DNA of 64,000 nucleotides from an uncultured virus (IMG/VR IMGVR_UViG_3300032288_004324) (lineage: Duplodnaviria > Heunggongvirae > Uroviricota > Caudoviricetes), in IMG/VR virus record IMGVR_UViG_3300032288_004324; one strand, written 5' to 3'. This document shows positions 20,201 through 28,402 of this stretch, piece after piece (the stretch's first letter is position 1; each line of letters begins with the position of its first letter). A program made the position numbers and the translations under genes. A model generated the notes under the pieces. That model had not been told where the DNA came from, searched no databases, and was given only the letters and a program-made list of their open reading frames with translations.

Positions 20201-21005
20201 CGGAGGAGATACTGCTCATGACATAGAAAGTGATTCTGAAGAAAATGTTTATATAACTGGATCGTATACGTCTCCTTCTTATTTCTCTCCTGTTGAAATA
20301 GAATCTAGAGGAGGGACTGATATTTATCTCACTAAGTTCAACAAGGAAGGTTTATTGTTAGATATAGTAACAGCAGGAGGTATTAACAACGATTCAGGAG
20401 CGGATTTAGTTTTGGATAAAGAGGAGAATATTTATATAACTGGATATTTCCAAGGAGAATCTGAATTCTCCCCTTATATTGTTTTATCCCCTCCTGGTGG
20501 AAATCTTGATGCTTTCCTAGGTAAGATACCTAAAGAAAGGTTTAAAGAAGGTAATAAAATAGGATCGGTTCAATCTTGGCTTGGCTCACATTCGTGGTCT
20601 TGGAAAGAGGAAAAATTATATAGGGACGAATTTGAAATCCCTTTAGCAACAACTATATTTATAAATCCTATAGATTCTTTAATCCCCGGGAAGAAGAATC
20701 ATATATGGACTTTATCGGACACTGAGACGGGAGAAGTTATAGTTAAAATAAAAAAATCTCCTTATTTTATATGGACTTTCTTAAATCCTGGATTCTATTC
20801 TATATCTTGCGAACTTCAAGACGCAAATGGAAACATATACGAAACATCACACTCGGGTAAAATAAGAGTTATAGATCACAAACAACCTTTGGGAGGTGAT
20901 CTAAAACCAGAAACTGTTAATCCTGATGATTATCTATTAAGAACAATATATTATGACAGGAAAGAATTTGGTTTTCCTCCTTTGTCTAAATTTGATATAG
21001 AATAA
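14232..21005 (+). CDS. Giant baseplate wedge/receptor-binding protein (gp7-like N-terminus, two beta-propeller regions, C-terminal PKD-like domain)
   Basis: GSYKSLFNAIKFFGY..EYW and YLPLNARIIDITGE wedge-like segments; Reg_prop-type repeats (NSxIPSxxI...LWIAT.NGL) at ~17835-18655; SBBP-type repeats (GGSGGDTAHDIESDSEENVYITG) at ~19260-20527. Confidence 0.6.
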   Translation: MSFQNLLFFDKKGEQYNFKWNGNYWEGSILFPIVSEKLFEVQHIFIIEKFLDPSSQIKYGFPHSYGVSPGPSVWRTRWESDYDQSTDVSSIIYTYELGVDGNLDSPVLVKANNVEFYPEIVPGDVISSPSGLVVSNDINPSSMQLNIALSSDSEGIYDRRLIIEDYTDPNNPVTILIVNLHGEVEGEDSRLSVILSNFGRSFNPEDALIVRESDIKEEFPDYEIINKKRKELLLAGESIFPYLGSYKSLFNAIKFFGYYDLRVKEYWLNIKTDEADTLTPLQQNQKILNQLSQPNIEGLNKLELISSLIKDENQGKFKQVEIYGKKKDGTFGLKKQFESLFPSKSYKKTALFGLFYDINRVVEDQEEDEYGYPVVEDAFAFSPEEVLIKLFGLKQRLKRDYLPLNARIIDITGEGVYFNLYKTRGWTDTVDITEIKGGIKVDFSVYPEIGYVEDLRPFYTKPNKSGILYPNINGVEEGISYYGNTVDPYSYFQEYPLTTIPSLESAVNLFYKDISNGEMPKFLGDGDYDPPGYKLFSNGNDYVFPAGCPVIIKNNTFNLSWEELSGSWNSLDSTVTRTDLQIASYSSTTSTNPGGNLQSVYSTSQFTLPTTFPQGININIGTGNNWFDTSFPEVIFVRVESVNSPGNLVLGYCSSGDYNTLTGDLYIQMIYTRGSGEYSNWKVSPTNIGFSSYVFDYYENFIQSNGFYSWNRLPYLDFYEIEWTIYKDDDKPYYYQTRGGLPELETIVHFLPYSGEYNIKCRVWDTLNSISLGIKRGIVKVEKRGIELNTLTRFRQSETYDWNNMPLKWESYPSQWIFPVENTNKIISISDFIQNYPEYSNNFNEGQQCEVLTKLPEVKATVTFDVGVKKIDIATIVSSYNGGGYDLAVVTTFSPHGYSSGDTVWIYDSLGSSFGQYPITVTGINTFQIPDVIISAISGGYSYNTGNIKFYADSVLIAECNFQGDLNSTTSLAYSLINSSPLIPKYKVINLVDSVNPNYKTFTVQAPNNSGSIWNGKQFIIQATGSLLVSTPINTFSGGLNEREEYIYYDFNFLPKKEMRYWGTKSLSWETFEDFSFEKAYAHTWDMYDYHNDWLGGFNLYSLQYGDRIRVTENSNGVVLGESDSPGNNYLDLREAADQMNDSTDENIKRFDYVVRGFSELPNNFYPNSNPISPDLSTNPGPKNIESKFYKVPTYSPVVFEPTGIAWDADGDIWVSGEDVIKFDGSNYTNYDSSNSVMPGISLLTNCIKIDRNDVKWVGIENNLSPLVKINEKDPSDSFAYSVNDFVDNGGNPISPSTPSSINCIEINPQRGDIFAGFVCNSSPSYDGLLFYDSSAKSWNLYTTSNSNIPSDNIRDLRLQYYSINKWYLWIATDNGLSRFEGVDFKNYNISNSGIPSNDVYSVELDKINHKWIGTSEGLVYWDNIRWAVWNNATNPELNIGSVKSIVETGNSNIWFTIDSISSPYNTELYYFDGYYFTKVLYRNDGTTLINPVGCDFGKISLSAPWKTIKNGETTFPKNLLILTKDGEIGKIDYIIPHIQATSKDPGTNGWDFVYHESSTPLPSTEYIYNSGIGISQLGFNFIIGPFNDNITLNSDYTRPIMPNVDRYSWYKPIWQRYSIDRLKDQFPSLNIDDVFLYAPLRDILNEKANKEPYWKNSQIERIEKKKSRDLFDNFEWVITLGNSSPDQGVKVTIDDAGDIIAIGDFTDTIFMGEVNNIGTQDIYLNTQDPGVYIAKYNKGGVIQWARSISSTSPQGSIYARSVITDKSGNLYVVSDNNVVGFIQIDKFNSDGVLLNTLNIPITPDQYIGDIKVDKYENIYICGGFRGNLILGSFSLNSSSQDSGFLAKLDPSMSFIWAKQFTDTTYSKAYEIGILKEEYLYLTGVFDSQINLGPIQLTGVGNPDMFIGKFYTGDGECLWAKSIAYDSATSFGSSSICLDPKGHLLITGSYEGTIKIEDQMIISFPGASDIFVIKLLSTGKLIWMKTCGGSGGDTAHDIESDSEENVYITGSYTSPSYFSPVEIESRGGTDIYLTKFNKEGLLLDIVTAGGINNDSGADLVLDKEENIYITGYFQGESEFSPYIVLSPPGGNLDAFLGKIPKERFKEGNKIGSVQSWLGSHSWSWKEEKLYRDEFEIPLATTIFINPIDSLIPGKKNHIWTLSDTETGEVIVKIKKSPYFIWTFLNPGFYSISCELQDANGNIYETSHSGKIRVIDHKQPLGGDLKPETVNPDDYLLRTIYYDRKEFGFPPLSKFDIE

Positions 21006-21008
21006 TAT

Positions 21009-21683
21009 TTACGTCGTGTATTCTCTGTAAACATCAAGCATTTCAGGAACAATAGGATGTCTATGGTTTTTCTTGAGAGTTATTACCTTAACTCCTTCAA
21101 CTCTTGCAGCAAGAGTATTCATAAAGTCTAGTCCTGACTCCTTTTTGTTTTTTAGATCTATCTGAGAAGTATCCCCACATATTATTATTTTAGAACCAAT
21201 ACCAAGTCTACCTAATACCATTTCCATTTGATTCATAGTTACGTTTTGTGCCTCATCAACAATAACGCAAGAATTAACTAATGTTCTACCTCTCATGAAA
21301 GGAAAAGGGAGTATTTCAATAATACCTTCACTAAGTAGTTTTTCTATCTTAGTTTTTTCGTATACCATTTCTAGATTTGCATATATTGGAGCTAACCAAG
21401 GATCCATTTTTTCTTTTAAGTCACCAGGAAGAAATCCTATATCTTCTTTAGCAACTGTTGGCCTAGTAATAACTAGTTTTTCAATTTCTCTATTAAATAA
21501 CATATCTAAAGCTATTTGTACAGCTAATAATGTTTTTCCCGATCCCGCAGCACCTTTAAGAACATTTACAGGGTTTGCTAATATCGTTGTTTTAGCATCC
21601 TTCTGTTCTTCATTCAGAGTGATTTTAAATTTAATGGGATTTTTAGGTTTTCTTTTTTGTGTCCAGTTAGATCCTGTAGTCAT
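21009..21683 (-). CDS. phoH: PhoH family ATPase
   Basis: GAAGSGKT Walker A, ITRPTV, IGFLPGDLKEKMDPW, FMRGRT, IVDEAQN, GDTSQIDL, RHPIV. Start placed at ATG 21683 (MTTGSN); the ORF track extends to 21710. Confidence 0.93.
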   Translation of the reverse strand: MTTGSNWTQKRKPKNPIKFKITLNEEQKDAKTTILANPVNVLKGAAGSGKTLLAVQIALDMLFNREIEKLVITRPTVAKEDIGFLPGDLKEKMDPWLAPIYANLEMVYEKTKIEKLLSEGIIEILPFPFMRGRTLVNSCVIVDEAQNVTMNQMEMVLGRLGIGSKIIICGDTSQIDLKNKKESGLDFMNTLAARVEGVKVITLKKNHRHPIVPEMLDVYREYTT

Positions 21684-21768
21684 AAGATTTTTTTTTATTT
21701 TGAGAAACATATTCCAAGTTTCGCTGTTTAATAATTAACCCTGTCTTTTCTTAAAGTATTAAATACAG

Positions 21769-21776
21769 GATATATA
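21769..21776 (+). promoter_or_regulatory. Putative late promoter GATATATA
   Basis: Intergenic, 19 nt before ATG 21796, at the head of a structural operon. Confidence 0.6.
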
Positions 21777-21795
21777 TCAAAAAAAGGAAAATCAA

Positions 21796-22713
21796 ATGGC
21801 AATTACAATTACAGAAATTCTCGGAACAGATTCTATATCCGGGTCTAGGTTAACTATCAATGCTAACTTTCTATTGCTTGAGAATGCTTATAACGATTTA
21901 GAAAATTCTTTTAATATAAATGTATTAACTGGATCGTTGGATGTATCTTCTGCATCTAGTTGGCAAATAAAAGCTAAATCGCTAATGGCTAATAGCTTGG
22001 TGATGCCATCTTCAGGATCACCACTTATACAAATATACGGAACTGGAGCTAGTGGAGGATCTATCGTATTTTCTAACACTGTAGCTGGAGCTACTGGTAT
22101 TTTTTCTAATGTTTTACAAGCTAACATATTTAATGCTTCGGGAGCTTCAACTTTTGGAGCAACTGCAACATTTCAAAGTGTTGTTAATATTGATGGAAGA
22201 TTTACCGTAGGAGCTTCAGGAAATTTTGTTAATACTAATAGAAAATCTACTGTTGGATCAAATACAGCTTTTCCATCTGCACCAGGTGCTGGTGTTACAG
22301 GTACCTATTCCACACCATATCAATTAAATCTAACAGAAAATGTTATCTATATACAATCAGACTATGTTTCGACTGCACCTAGTGATACTTCAAATGCTAC
22401 AGGATTTTTCTTTTATGCAACAACAGGCTCTGGAGCAACTGCTTCTGATATACCTGGTGGTTACACAGTAACTTTAATAGATACTGCAACAACTTCAGGA
22501 ATAATTGCTACAGGGGTAACAGGACCTTCCCCTTATTATTATACTGGATTCTCTACAGGAGATGGATCGTATTCTGATCCTAATATACAAACTCCAGGAG
22601 ACCAATATAAATCTTCGATTACTCTTATGTGGGAGCCTAGAATAGATCAAGGAGCATCAACACAAAAGGGTTCTTGGGTCGTTGTAAATTGTACACAAGG
22701 ATTCACATACTAA
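21796..22713 (+). CDS. Putative virion structural/fibre protein (Gly/Ser/Thr-rich)
   Basis: N-terminus ITEILGTDSISGSRLTINANF resembles fibre attachment starts (compare the 34062 ORF, NILQGDNQSTIVDKLNYNF). Confidence 0.5.
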   Translation: MAITITEILGTDSISGSRLTINANFLLLENAYNDLENSFNINVLTGSLDVSSASSWQIKAKSLMANSLVMPSSGSPLIQIYGTGASGGSIVFSNTVAGATGIFSNVLQANIFNASGASTFGATATFQSVVNIDGRFTVGASGNFVNTNRKSTVGSNTAFPSAPGAGVTGTYSTPYQLNLTENVIYIQSDYVSTAPSDTSNATGFFFYATTGSGATASDIPGGYTVTLIDTATTSGIIATGVTGPSPYYYTGFSTGDGSYSDPNIQTPGDQYKSSITLMWEPRIDQGASTQKGSWVVVNCTQGFTY

Positions 22714-22728
22714 TTAAGTATTAAATAA

Positions 22729-24912
22729 ATGGCAAAGACACCCTATATAAGACCTATATCAGTTCAAGGAGGTACTTTTTATACCTTTTCTTCAGCAGCT
22801 GAGGATCTAACTTTAACTTTTAATAACTCTCTTAAGAAGTTTACATTTTCTAAATATGCACTTCTAAAGCTTCCTGAATTTGGAGCTCCTATTTACGGAG
22901 AAAATACATTGAGATTTAATGCTATAGATAGTACATTTTTGGACGCAGCTGAGGGTGATTTTATACTTACTAATCCTAATAATCTAAGTCCTTCACCTGA
23001 AATTTCTTTTCAAAATTATTGTTTGAATCTAGAATCTACTGTTATATCTGATCCAAATTATAATCCAGAGCTTAAAAGGAATGTTTCAGAGAGAATATTT
23101 TGGAAATGGATAAAAGAGTTAGGGGGTATAAGATATAGAAATGCCAATCCAAATGAAGTAGTTGCTTCACTAAACCAAACAACTACAACAACTAAGGATG
23201 GATATCCTTATTCTGATAAAAGATGGGTAGAGGAGGATACAATTCTTACAGGTAACGGATCTCCTAATCCAAGATATGAAAGAATAGTACAATATATTGG
23301 AGATATAGATGTAGTAAACTCAGTACAGAATTCAGAAAACGCATATTCTGAAGTTTATATACACGTACCAACAGGTGACGGAGGAACTCCTTATGTTTTA
23401 TTTAAGACAGTAGCGGATGAAAATTATTATCCCGATAGAACATGGACTCATTTGCCGCCTGATCCTACAGATACGGAATATTTACAAGGAAGAGATTCTG
23501 CTGCTGGTTTATATGGACCTAATGGATTACCTAAACTTGCTATCTTTGATCAGGATTCACTAGGTGATCCTGGAGTTAGTGGTACTTCATCTACTGGATC
23601 TTTTTCTAATAATTGGTATTCTCCTAGAGACGAAGCTAATTCATATTTTACAGATCCTACATTTTTTGATTCTAGTAATTATATATTAGAAAAATATTTA
23701 TCAACATCTGGACCTAGCGGTTATAGTGTTACTTATAAAAGAAGTAATCTTGACGGTGTACAGGTAGATTTTGACCCCGCTTCATACAAGGCAATACAAA
23801 ATTACGTAGGAATTTCTACAATAGAGGAATGGAACGGGACACCTACTACTACTTCGTTCGACTTTAATGCTGTATTAGTTTATTATGATGTATACGATCC
23901 TAATAATCCCACAGATTCGGAAACAAATCTTTATGGTATACTTTTCTTAAATGACCCTGAGCCAGTTTCAACTAATGCAGCTAAGCTACCATCCTTTAAG
24001 AAATTTAAACCCGACCCAATTACTAAATTAAACGGTAATTCATACGGATTTAAAATAAATCTTAAGTTCGATACGGATGTAGAAAGTACTGGTGTAGAAC
24101 AAGCTATAAATGATTATTCTTCATTCTCGCTTTCTATATTTATGGATGCAGCTACTGTTTTACAAGATGCAGCTAAGAATCTGAATGATAGAACTTTAGA
24201 GATTGCTTCTATGCAACAAGAAATTGCAGATCTTAAAGATTTAATAATTAATACTGATGATAGCACAGAAATAAAAAATAGACTGGATCTAGTAGAATCT
24301 TCTTTACAAGCAAATCAGGCACTTTTTGATAATACCCAAGATATATTAAATCTAATAGAAAATAATACTGATACAATAAACAATATATTGCAGAATCAGA
24401 CTTCTATTAATCTATCTTATAATTTAGATCTTTTAAAAGACGGGCAGGGTACTTCTGTTGACAGAAGCGTCCCTAATATATTAAAGGTTAATGTAACACA
24501 GCAAGATTATAATATAGGATCTAGTTCATTATTTACTATAAATCCTGTTGCTGGTAATACTGTACCTTTGTCAATTTACACAAACTATTTAAAACATAAA
24601 AACAATGGAGTGTCAATAACTGCTAATAATGATATAGTTATAAGAATAGATGACACAATAAACAAATGGGAAAAGGGACAAGTATTAAGATTTATTATAG
24701 GAGACGATATAGATCTGGGTAATTATTCTTTAGTTATACTTACTGATGCTTTAGGTGAATATCCTAAATCTAACCCTTCTGGAGTTCCTTACTCTTCTGT
24801 TGTAGCTGGATTCCTAAATATACAATTCTCTAGTTCTGACTATAAACCTATATTTGATATAGTTTGTATAGATGCTAAAAATTTAATATTTGAAATAGAT
24901 CAAATAAGATAA
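22729..24912 (+). CDS. Hypothetical virion structural protein (727 aa, central coiled coil)
   Basis: Long ORF in a structural operon; heptad region LQDAAKNLNDRTLEIASMQQEIADLK. Confidence 0.5.
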   Translation: MAKTPYIRPISVQGGTFYTFSSAAEDLTLTFNNSLKKFTFSKYALLKLPEFGAPIYGENTLRFNAIDSTFLDAAEGDFILTNPNNLSPSPEISFQNYCLNLESTVISDPNYNPELKRNVSERIFWKWIKELGGIRYRNANPNEVVASLNQTTTTTKDGYPYSDKRWVEEDTILTGNGSPNPRYERIVQYIGDIDVVNSVQNSENAYSEVYIHVPTGDGGTPYVLFKTVADENYYPDRTWTHLPPDPTDTEYLQGRDSAAGLYGPNGLPKLAIFDQDSLGDPGVSGTSSTGSFSNNWYSPRDEANSYFTDPTFFDSSNYILEKYLSTSGPSGYSVTYKRSNLDGVQVDFDPASYKAIQNYVGISTIEEWNGTPTTTSFDFNAVLVYYDVYDPNNPTDSETNLYGILFLNDPEPVSTNAAKLPSFKKFKPDPITKLNGNSYGFKINLKFDTDVESTGVEQAINDYSSFSLSIFMDAATVLQDAAKNLNDRTLEIASMQQEIADLKDLIINTDDSTEIKNRLDLVESSLQANQALFDNTQDILNLIENNTDTINNILQNQTSINLSYNLDLLKDGQGTSVDRSVPNILKVNVTQQDYNIGSSSLFTINPVAGNTVPLSIYTNYLKHKNNGVSITANNDIVIRIDDTINKWEKGQVLRFIIGDDIDLGNYSLVILTDALGEYPKSNPSGVPYSSVVAGFLNIQFSSSDYKPIFDIVCIDAKNLIFEIDQIR

Positions 24913-24916
24913 AAAA

Positions 24917-27900
24917 ATGTCGAATACAAAAAACTCGTTTTCATCCTTAATAGCACAATTTCTTAGACTTCAGAAGAATTCACTGGAAATTATTAATAAG
25001 CTTAATGATCTGACAACATCTTCTAAAGATACTGTAGAGATAGAATTTTTAAAAGATGACAATACATCGGAAAATATACAGGTCCCTTCTTTTGGATTTT
25101 TAAAATCTGAAATAAACAGATTAGATCAGAATATTAAATCTCTTTCAGGACTTGAGGATAATAAAGCAAATGTAAGAAATGCAGACGGTACTGTTTCTAA
25201 AATATACCAATCCAGAGTTTTAAAGGATCCCTCATCTCCATCTAGTTTACAGGTTCCTTCTACGTTTCAGGCAAGAAACAATTGGTTTTTCGAGTCTTTT
25301 TTAAATCCTCTTCTTTATATAGAGATAGATGTAGAAAATCAAATACCTGAAAATTCAGAAAACGTTTATGTAAAAAGAATAATTGCTAATACACAAACGG
25401 ACGTACAAAAACAATATTTTGATAACAATTTAAAAGGAAGAAACGATATAACCGATTCAGATCTTATAGCATCTTTAGAAAGCCAGGGTATACAATACTT
25501 TATAGATGAGCAAATAAATAATCTCGAATTAAGAACAATAAGATATACAGGTTCTTTTGGAGTACTTAGAATATTTGACGAAGAGGTACAAAATACTGAG
25601 AATGGTGCAACTACTACAACAACAGTAAGAAAATATAAGTTAAACACAATAAGATATAACGATACATTAGCAGATACAGAAAATTCTAGGACTTTATCTA
25701 AGGGTGATTTATTAATAACCTCAGGAGGTACTAAATATGAGATATCAGCAATAGATGTTACTAATCAAACTGTTATATTAAAAAGGCTATTCGGATTTGA
25801 GCCAATACAAATAGGAGATTCATCATTAACAATATATTCTAATGTTCTGTCAAATAGACAGGTGGAGGTAAATGTAGGATTTGATGAAAGACAGGGAATT
25901 TTTATTAAATCTATAGATGGGGATTTTAATGTTGCTTCTAGTAAGTATAGCCCAGGAATATGCTTTTGGTCTAATGAACTACAGATTACAACTAGCGACG
26001 GAGTAAAAAGCTTGGAGTCTTTTTATAATTCCCAAGTATCTGATTTTGGAAAAATATTTATTGCATCAGCTAAGGAAAATACAATTCCTTCAGTTTATGG
26101 TCAAACCCCTTCAGCCCCTGTAGTTTCTCCCGGAAACTTTAAAGTTGTTAAGATAAATTCACAAGTAACAGATTCTAAAGAAAGCGTGTCGTTTAAGGAC
26201 AAGATTAAAATAAAAACTTCACTAAAGAATGAAATAGACTCTATAGATAGAGCTATAGATCAAACTAGAAAACAGCTATCTGAATTAACAACAACCTCAG
26301 CAAAGAAAACTCCTAATGCGGAGTTTAAAAAATTAAACGATAAAATAGCTTCATTAACTAAAGATAAAGGAACAAAGACTGGATTATTATCAACAACAAT
26401 ATTAGAAGTAAACAATCTTGTTATAAGTGTACCTGAATTAACTGAAGCCCCTAAATATAGGGTAAGAGGATTCTGGCCAATACCGGAGCCTATAATAGAT
26501 GCTAAGACAGGAGAACAAAACATAGTTCAATTTAATGTTAGATATAGATATCTTTCATTAACAGGGAATCCTAATGGGGTAGATCAGATAGATTATGTAG
26601 ATAACAATGGAGTACAAAAAACAGGACAATTTACTAATTGGGTTCAATTTAAAAGTGACGTAAGAAAGAAAGTATATGATACTAATACTGGAACATATAT
26701 TTGGCAAATAGAGGACGTTAGCGATGCTAATACGGTAAATATAAATCAATTAGATATTCCTATAACAAAGGGAGAAAAGGTAGAGATACAAGTACAATCC
26801 ATATCAGAGGCGGGGTGGCCAACTAATCCTTTAACTTCCGATTGGTCATCATCCGCTATAGTTGAATTTCCACCAGATTTGGTTGTACAGGTTGATAATA
26901 CTTCTTTTGCAGTACAAAATAATACCGACCAGGCAGTAGTTGCAATTCAAGCGGATTTACAAGCAAAGGGACTAGATCAGCATTTATCTACTCAGTTTAC
27001 ATCTGGAGATAAATTCTTTGCACATAATTCATCTACAATTTCTTCCGGATTTTTTGATTCTACTGGTAAAGCTTTGGATCTTTTCCAAAAGTTAACACAA
27101 ATAGATAACGAATTACAATCTCTTAGAGCTCTTATTGCTAAAGCTAAAGGAACCCTTGGTGTTTACATTAGAAGTGGTAATACCTCGAATAAAATAAATC
27201 CCGGGGGTACTATAAATCTTTTTGCAGGATATTACGATCAGCTTATAGATTTATCTAATCCTAGTAACAAAGGAAAGATAGCTACTATTATTTATTATTT
27301 AGAGCTTAGAAATGAAGCTGCTACACCTCTAGAGTTATCATCATTAATTCCAGGAGGTCAAGGTGTAAAAGCTCCTAATAGCATAGGAGGACAACCAGAT
27401 TATAATAATAACAGAAAATATGGAGATACTCCTATACAACTATCTGGTATAGTTGATGGTGACGTAAGCGTATCATCTCCTGGATATTTTATACAGTCTT
27501 CTGGATATCAGAGCGCTAATGCTTATTCCCAATTTATTTATACTAGATATAAAAGTGTTGGATTGGAAGAGAATTTATATTTTACTCCTCCTACTTCTCT
27601 TCCTTGGAACATTAGTACAGGAACTAGTGGATTGCCTATCAATAACGACGGTATCATAATGCCTTTTGATCCTGCTGCATCTCCTTCAGGAGGTGGAGCT
27701 AATTCTAATGTATGGAACGGAAATTATTCCTCAGGTACACCAACAGGTAACGGGAATCTTAATGAATTTTGTATTCATATAAGCCATCCTGATATAAATG
27801 ACGGAGGAAGCAGTCCTTTTGTTTCTTTAATAAGACCTTCTGTTCTTCCATCTGGACCTATGAATTATCCATCATTTAGACATGCTTTAGGATTCGAAAC

Positions 27901-28399
27901 TGATACTAATATAACTTCTTCAATAACAAGCTCACAGACCACATCATATCAGCAATTACAATATTATCCTGCAAATAGCTCTTCTTCTTTTGGAGTTGAC
28001 GACAACGCATATCCTAATAAATTAGGATTTATAGATACGGATGAATTCTTATGTGGTAAATTTTCTTGCGGATCTTATTTATTCTTGGCACCAACTAATC
28101 ATACATCTATACAAATAGAGGGATCTACTCAATTGGCTAAAAGAACATTAGAATTTGGACAAGAAAATTCAATAACTGTTCCTCTAGTTTTTCAAATGAG
28201 AGCACAGGACAAGCTTGGTTTTGTTGGGGGATGGAGATCTGCAGGTAACTTAAAAAATATTACCTATACTAAAAAAATAGGGATAGATATACAGGTAAAA
28301 AATGAGGAACTTTTTTCTTTTGATGTTCTAGTAACAGGAAGCTACACTAAGACTTCTCTAATTTCACCTGCTTATTCTCAAAGTAAGAAAACTATTTAA
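24917..28399 (+). CDS. Hypothetical virion structural protein (1160 aa)
   Basis: Long ORF tightly coupled in a structural operon; coiled-coil and beta-rich segments. Confidence 0.5.
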   Translation: MSNTKNSFSSLIAQFLRLQKNSLEIINKLNDLTTSSKDTVEIEFLKDDNTSENIQVPSFGFLKSEINRLDQNIKSLSGLEDNKANVRNADGTVSKIYQSRVLKDPSSPSSLQVPSTFQARNNWFFESFLNPLLYIEIDVENQIPENSENVYVKRIIANTQTDVQKQYFDNNLKGRNDITDSDLIASLESQGIQYFIDEQINNLELRTIRYTGSFGVLRIFDEEVQNTENGATTTTTVRKYKLNTIRYNDTLADTENSRTLSKGDLLITSGGTKYEISAIDVTNQTVILKRLFGFEPIQIGDSSLTIYSNVLSNRQVEVNVGFDERQGIFIKSIDGDFNVASSKYSPGICFWSNELQITTSDGVKSLESFYNSQVSDFGKIFIASAKENTIPSVYGQTPSAPVVSPGNFKVVKINSQVTDSKESVSFKDKIKIKTSLKNEIDSIDRAIDQTRKQLSELTTTSAKKTPNAEFKKLNDKIASLTKDKGTKTGLLSTTILEVNNLVISVPELTEAPKYRVRGFWPIPEPIIDAKTGEQNIVQFNVRYRYLSLTGNPNGVDQIDYVDNNGVQKTGQFTNWVQFKSDVRKKVYDTNTGTYIWQIEDVSDANTVNINQLDIPITKGEKVEIQVQSISEAGWPTNPLTSDWSSSAIVEFPPDLVVQVDNTSFAVQNNTDQAVVAIQADLQAKGLDQHLSTQFTSGDKFFAHNSSTISSGFFDSTGKALDLFQKLTQIDNELQSLRALIAKAKGTLGVYIRSGNTSNKINPGGTINLFAGYYDQLIDLSNPSNKGKIATIIYYLELRNEAATPLELSSLIPGGQGVKAPNSIGGQPDYNNNRKYGDTPIQLSGIVDGDVSVSSPGYFIQSSGYQSANAYSQFIYTRYKSVGLEENLYFTPPTSLPWNISTGTSGLPINNDGIIMPFDPAASPSGGGANSNVWNGNYSSGTPTGNGNLNEFCIHISHPDINDGGSSPFVSLIRPSVLPSGPMNYPSFRHALGFETDTNITSSITSSQTTSYQQLQYYPANSSSSFGVDDNAYPNKLGFIDTDEFLCGKFSCGSYLFLAPTNHTSIQIEGSTQLAKRTLEFGQENSITVPLVFQMRAQDKLGFVGGWRSAGNLKNITYTKKIGIDIQVKNEELFSFDVLVTGSYTKTSLISPAYSQSKKTI

Positions 28400-28402
28400 T
28401 AA

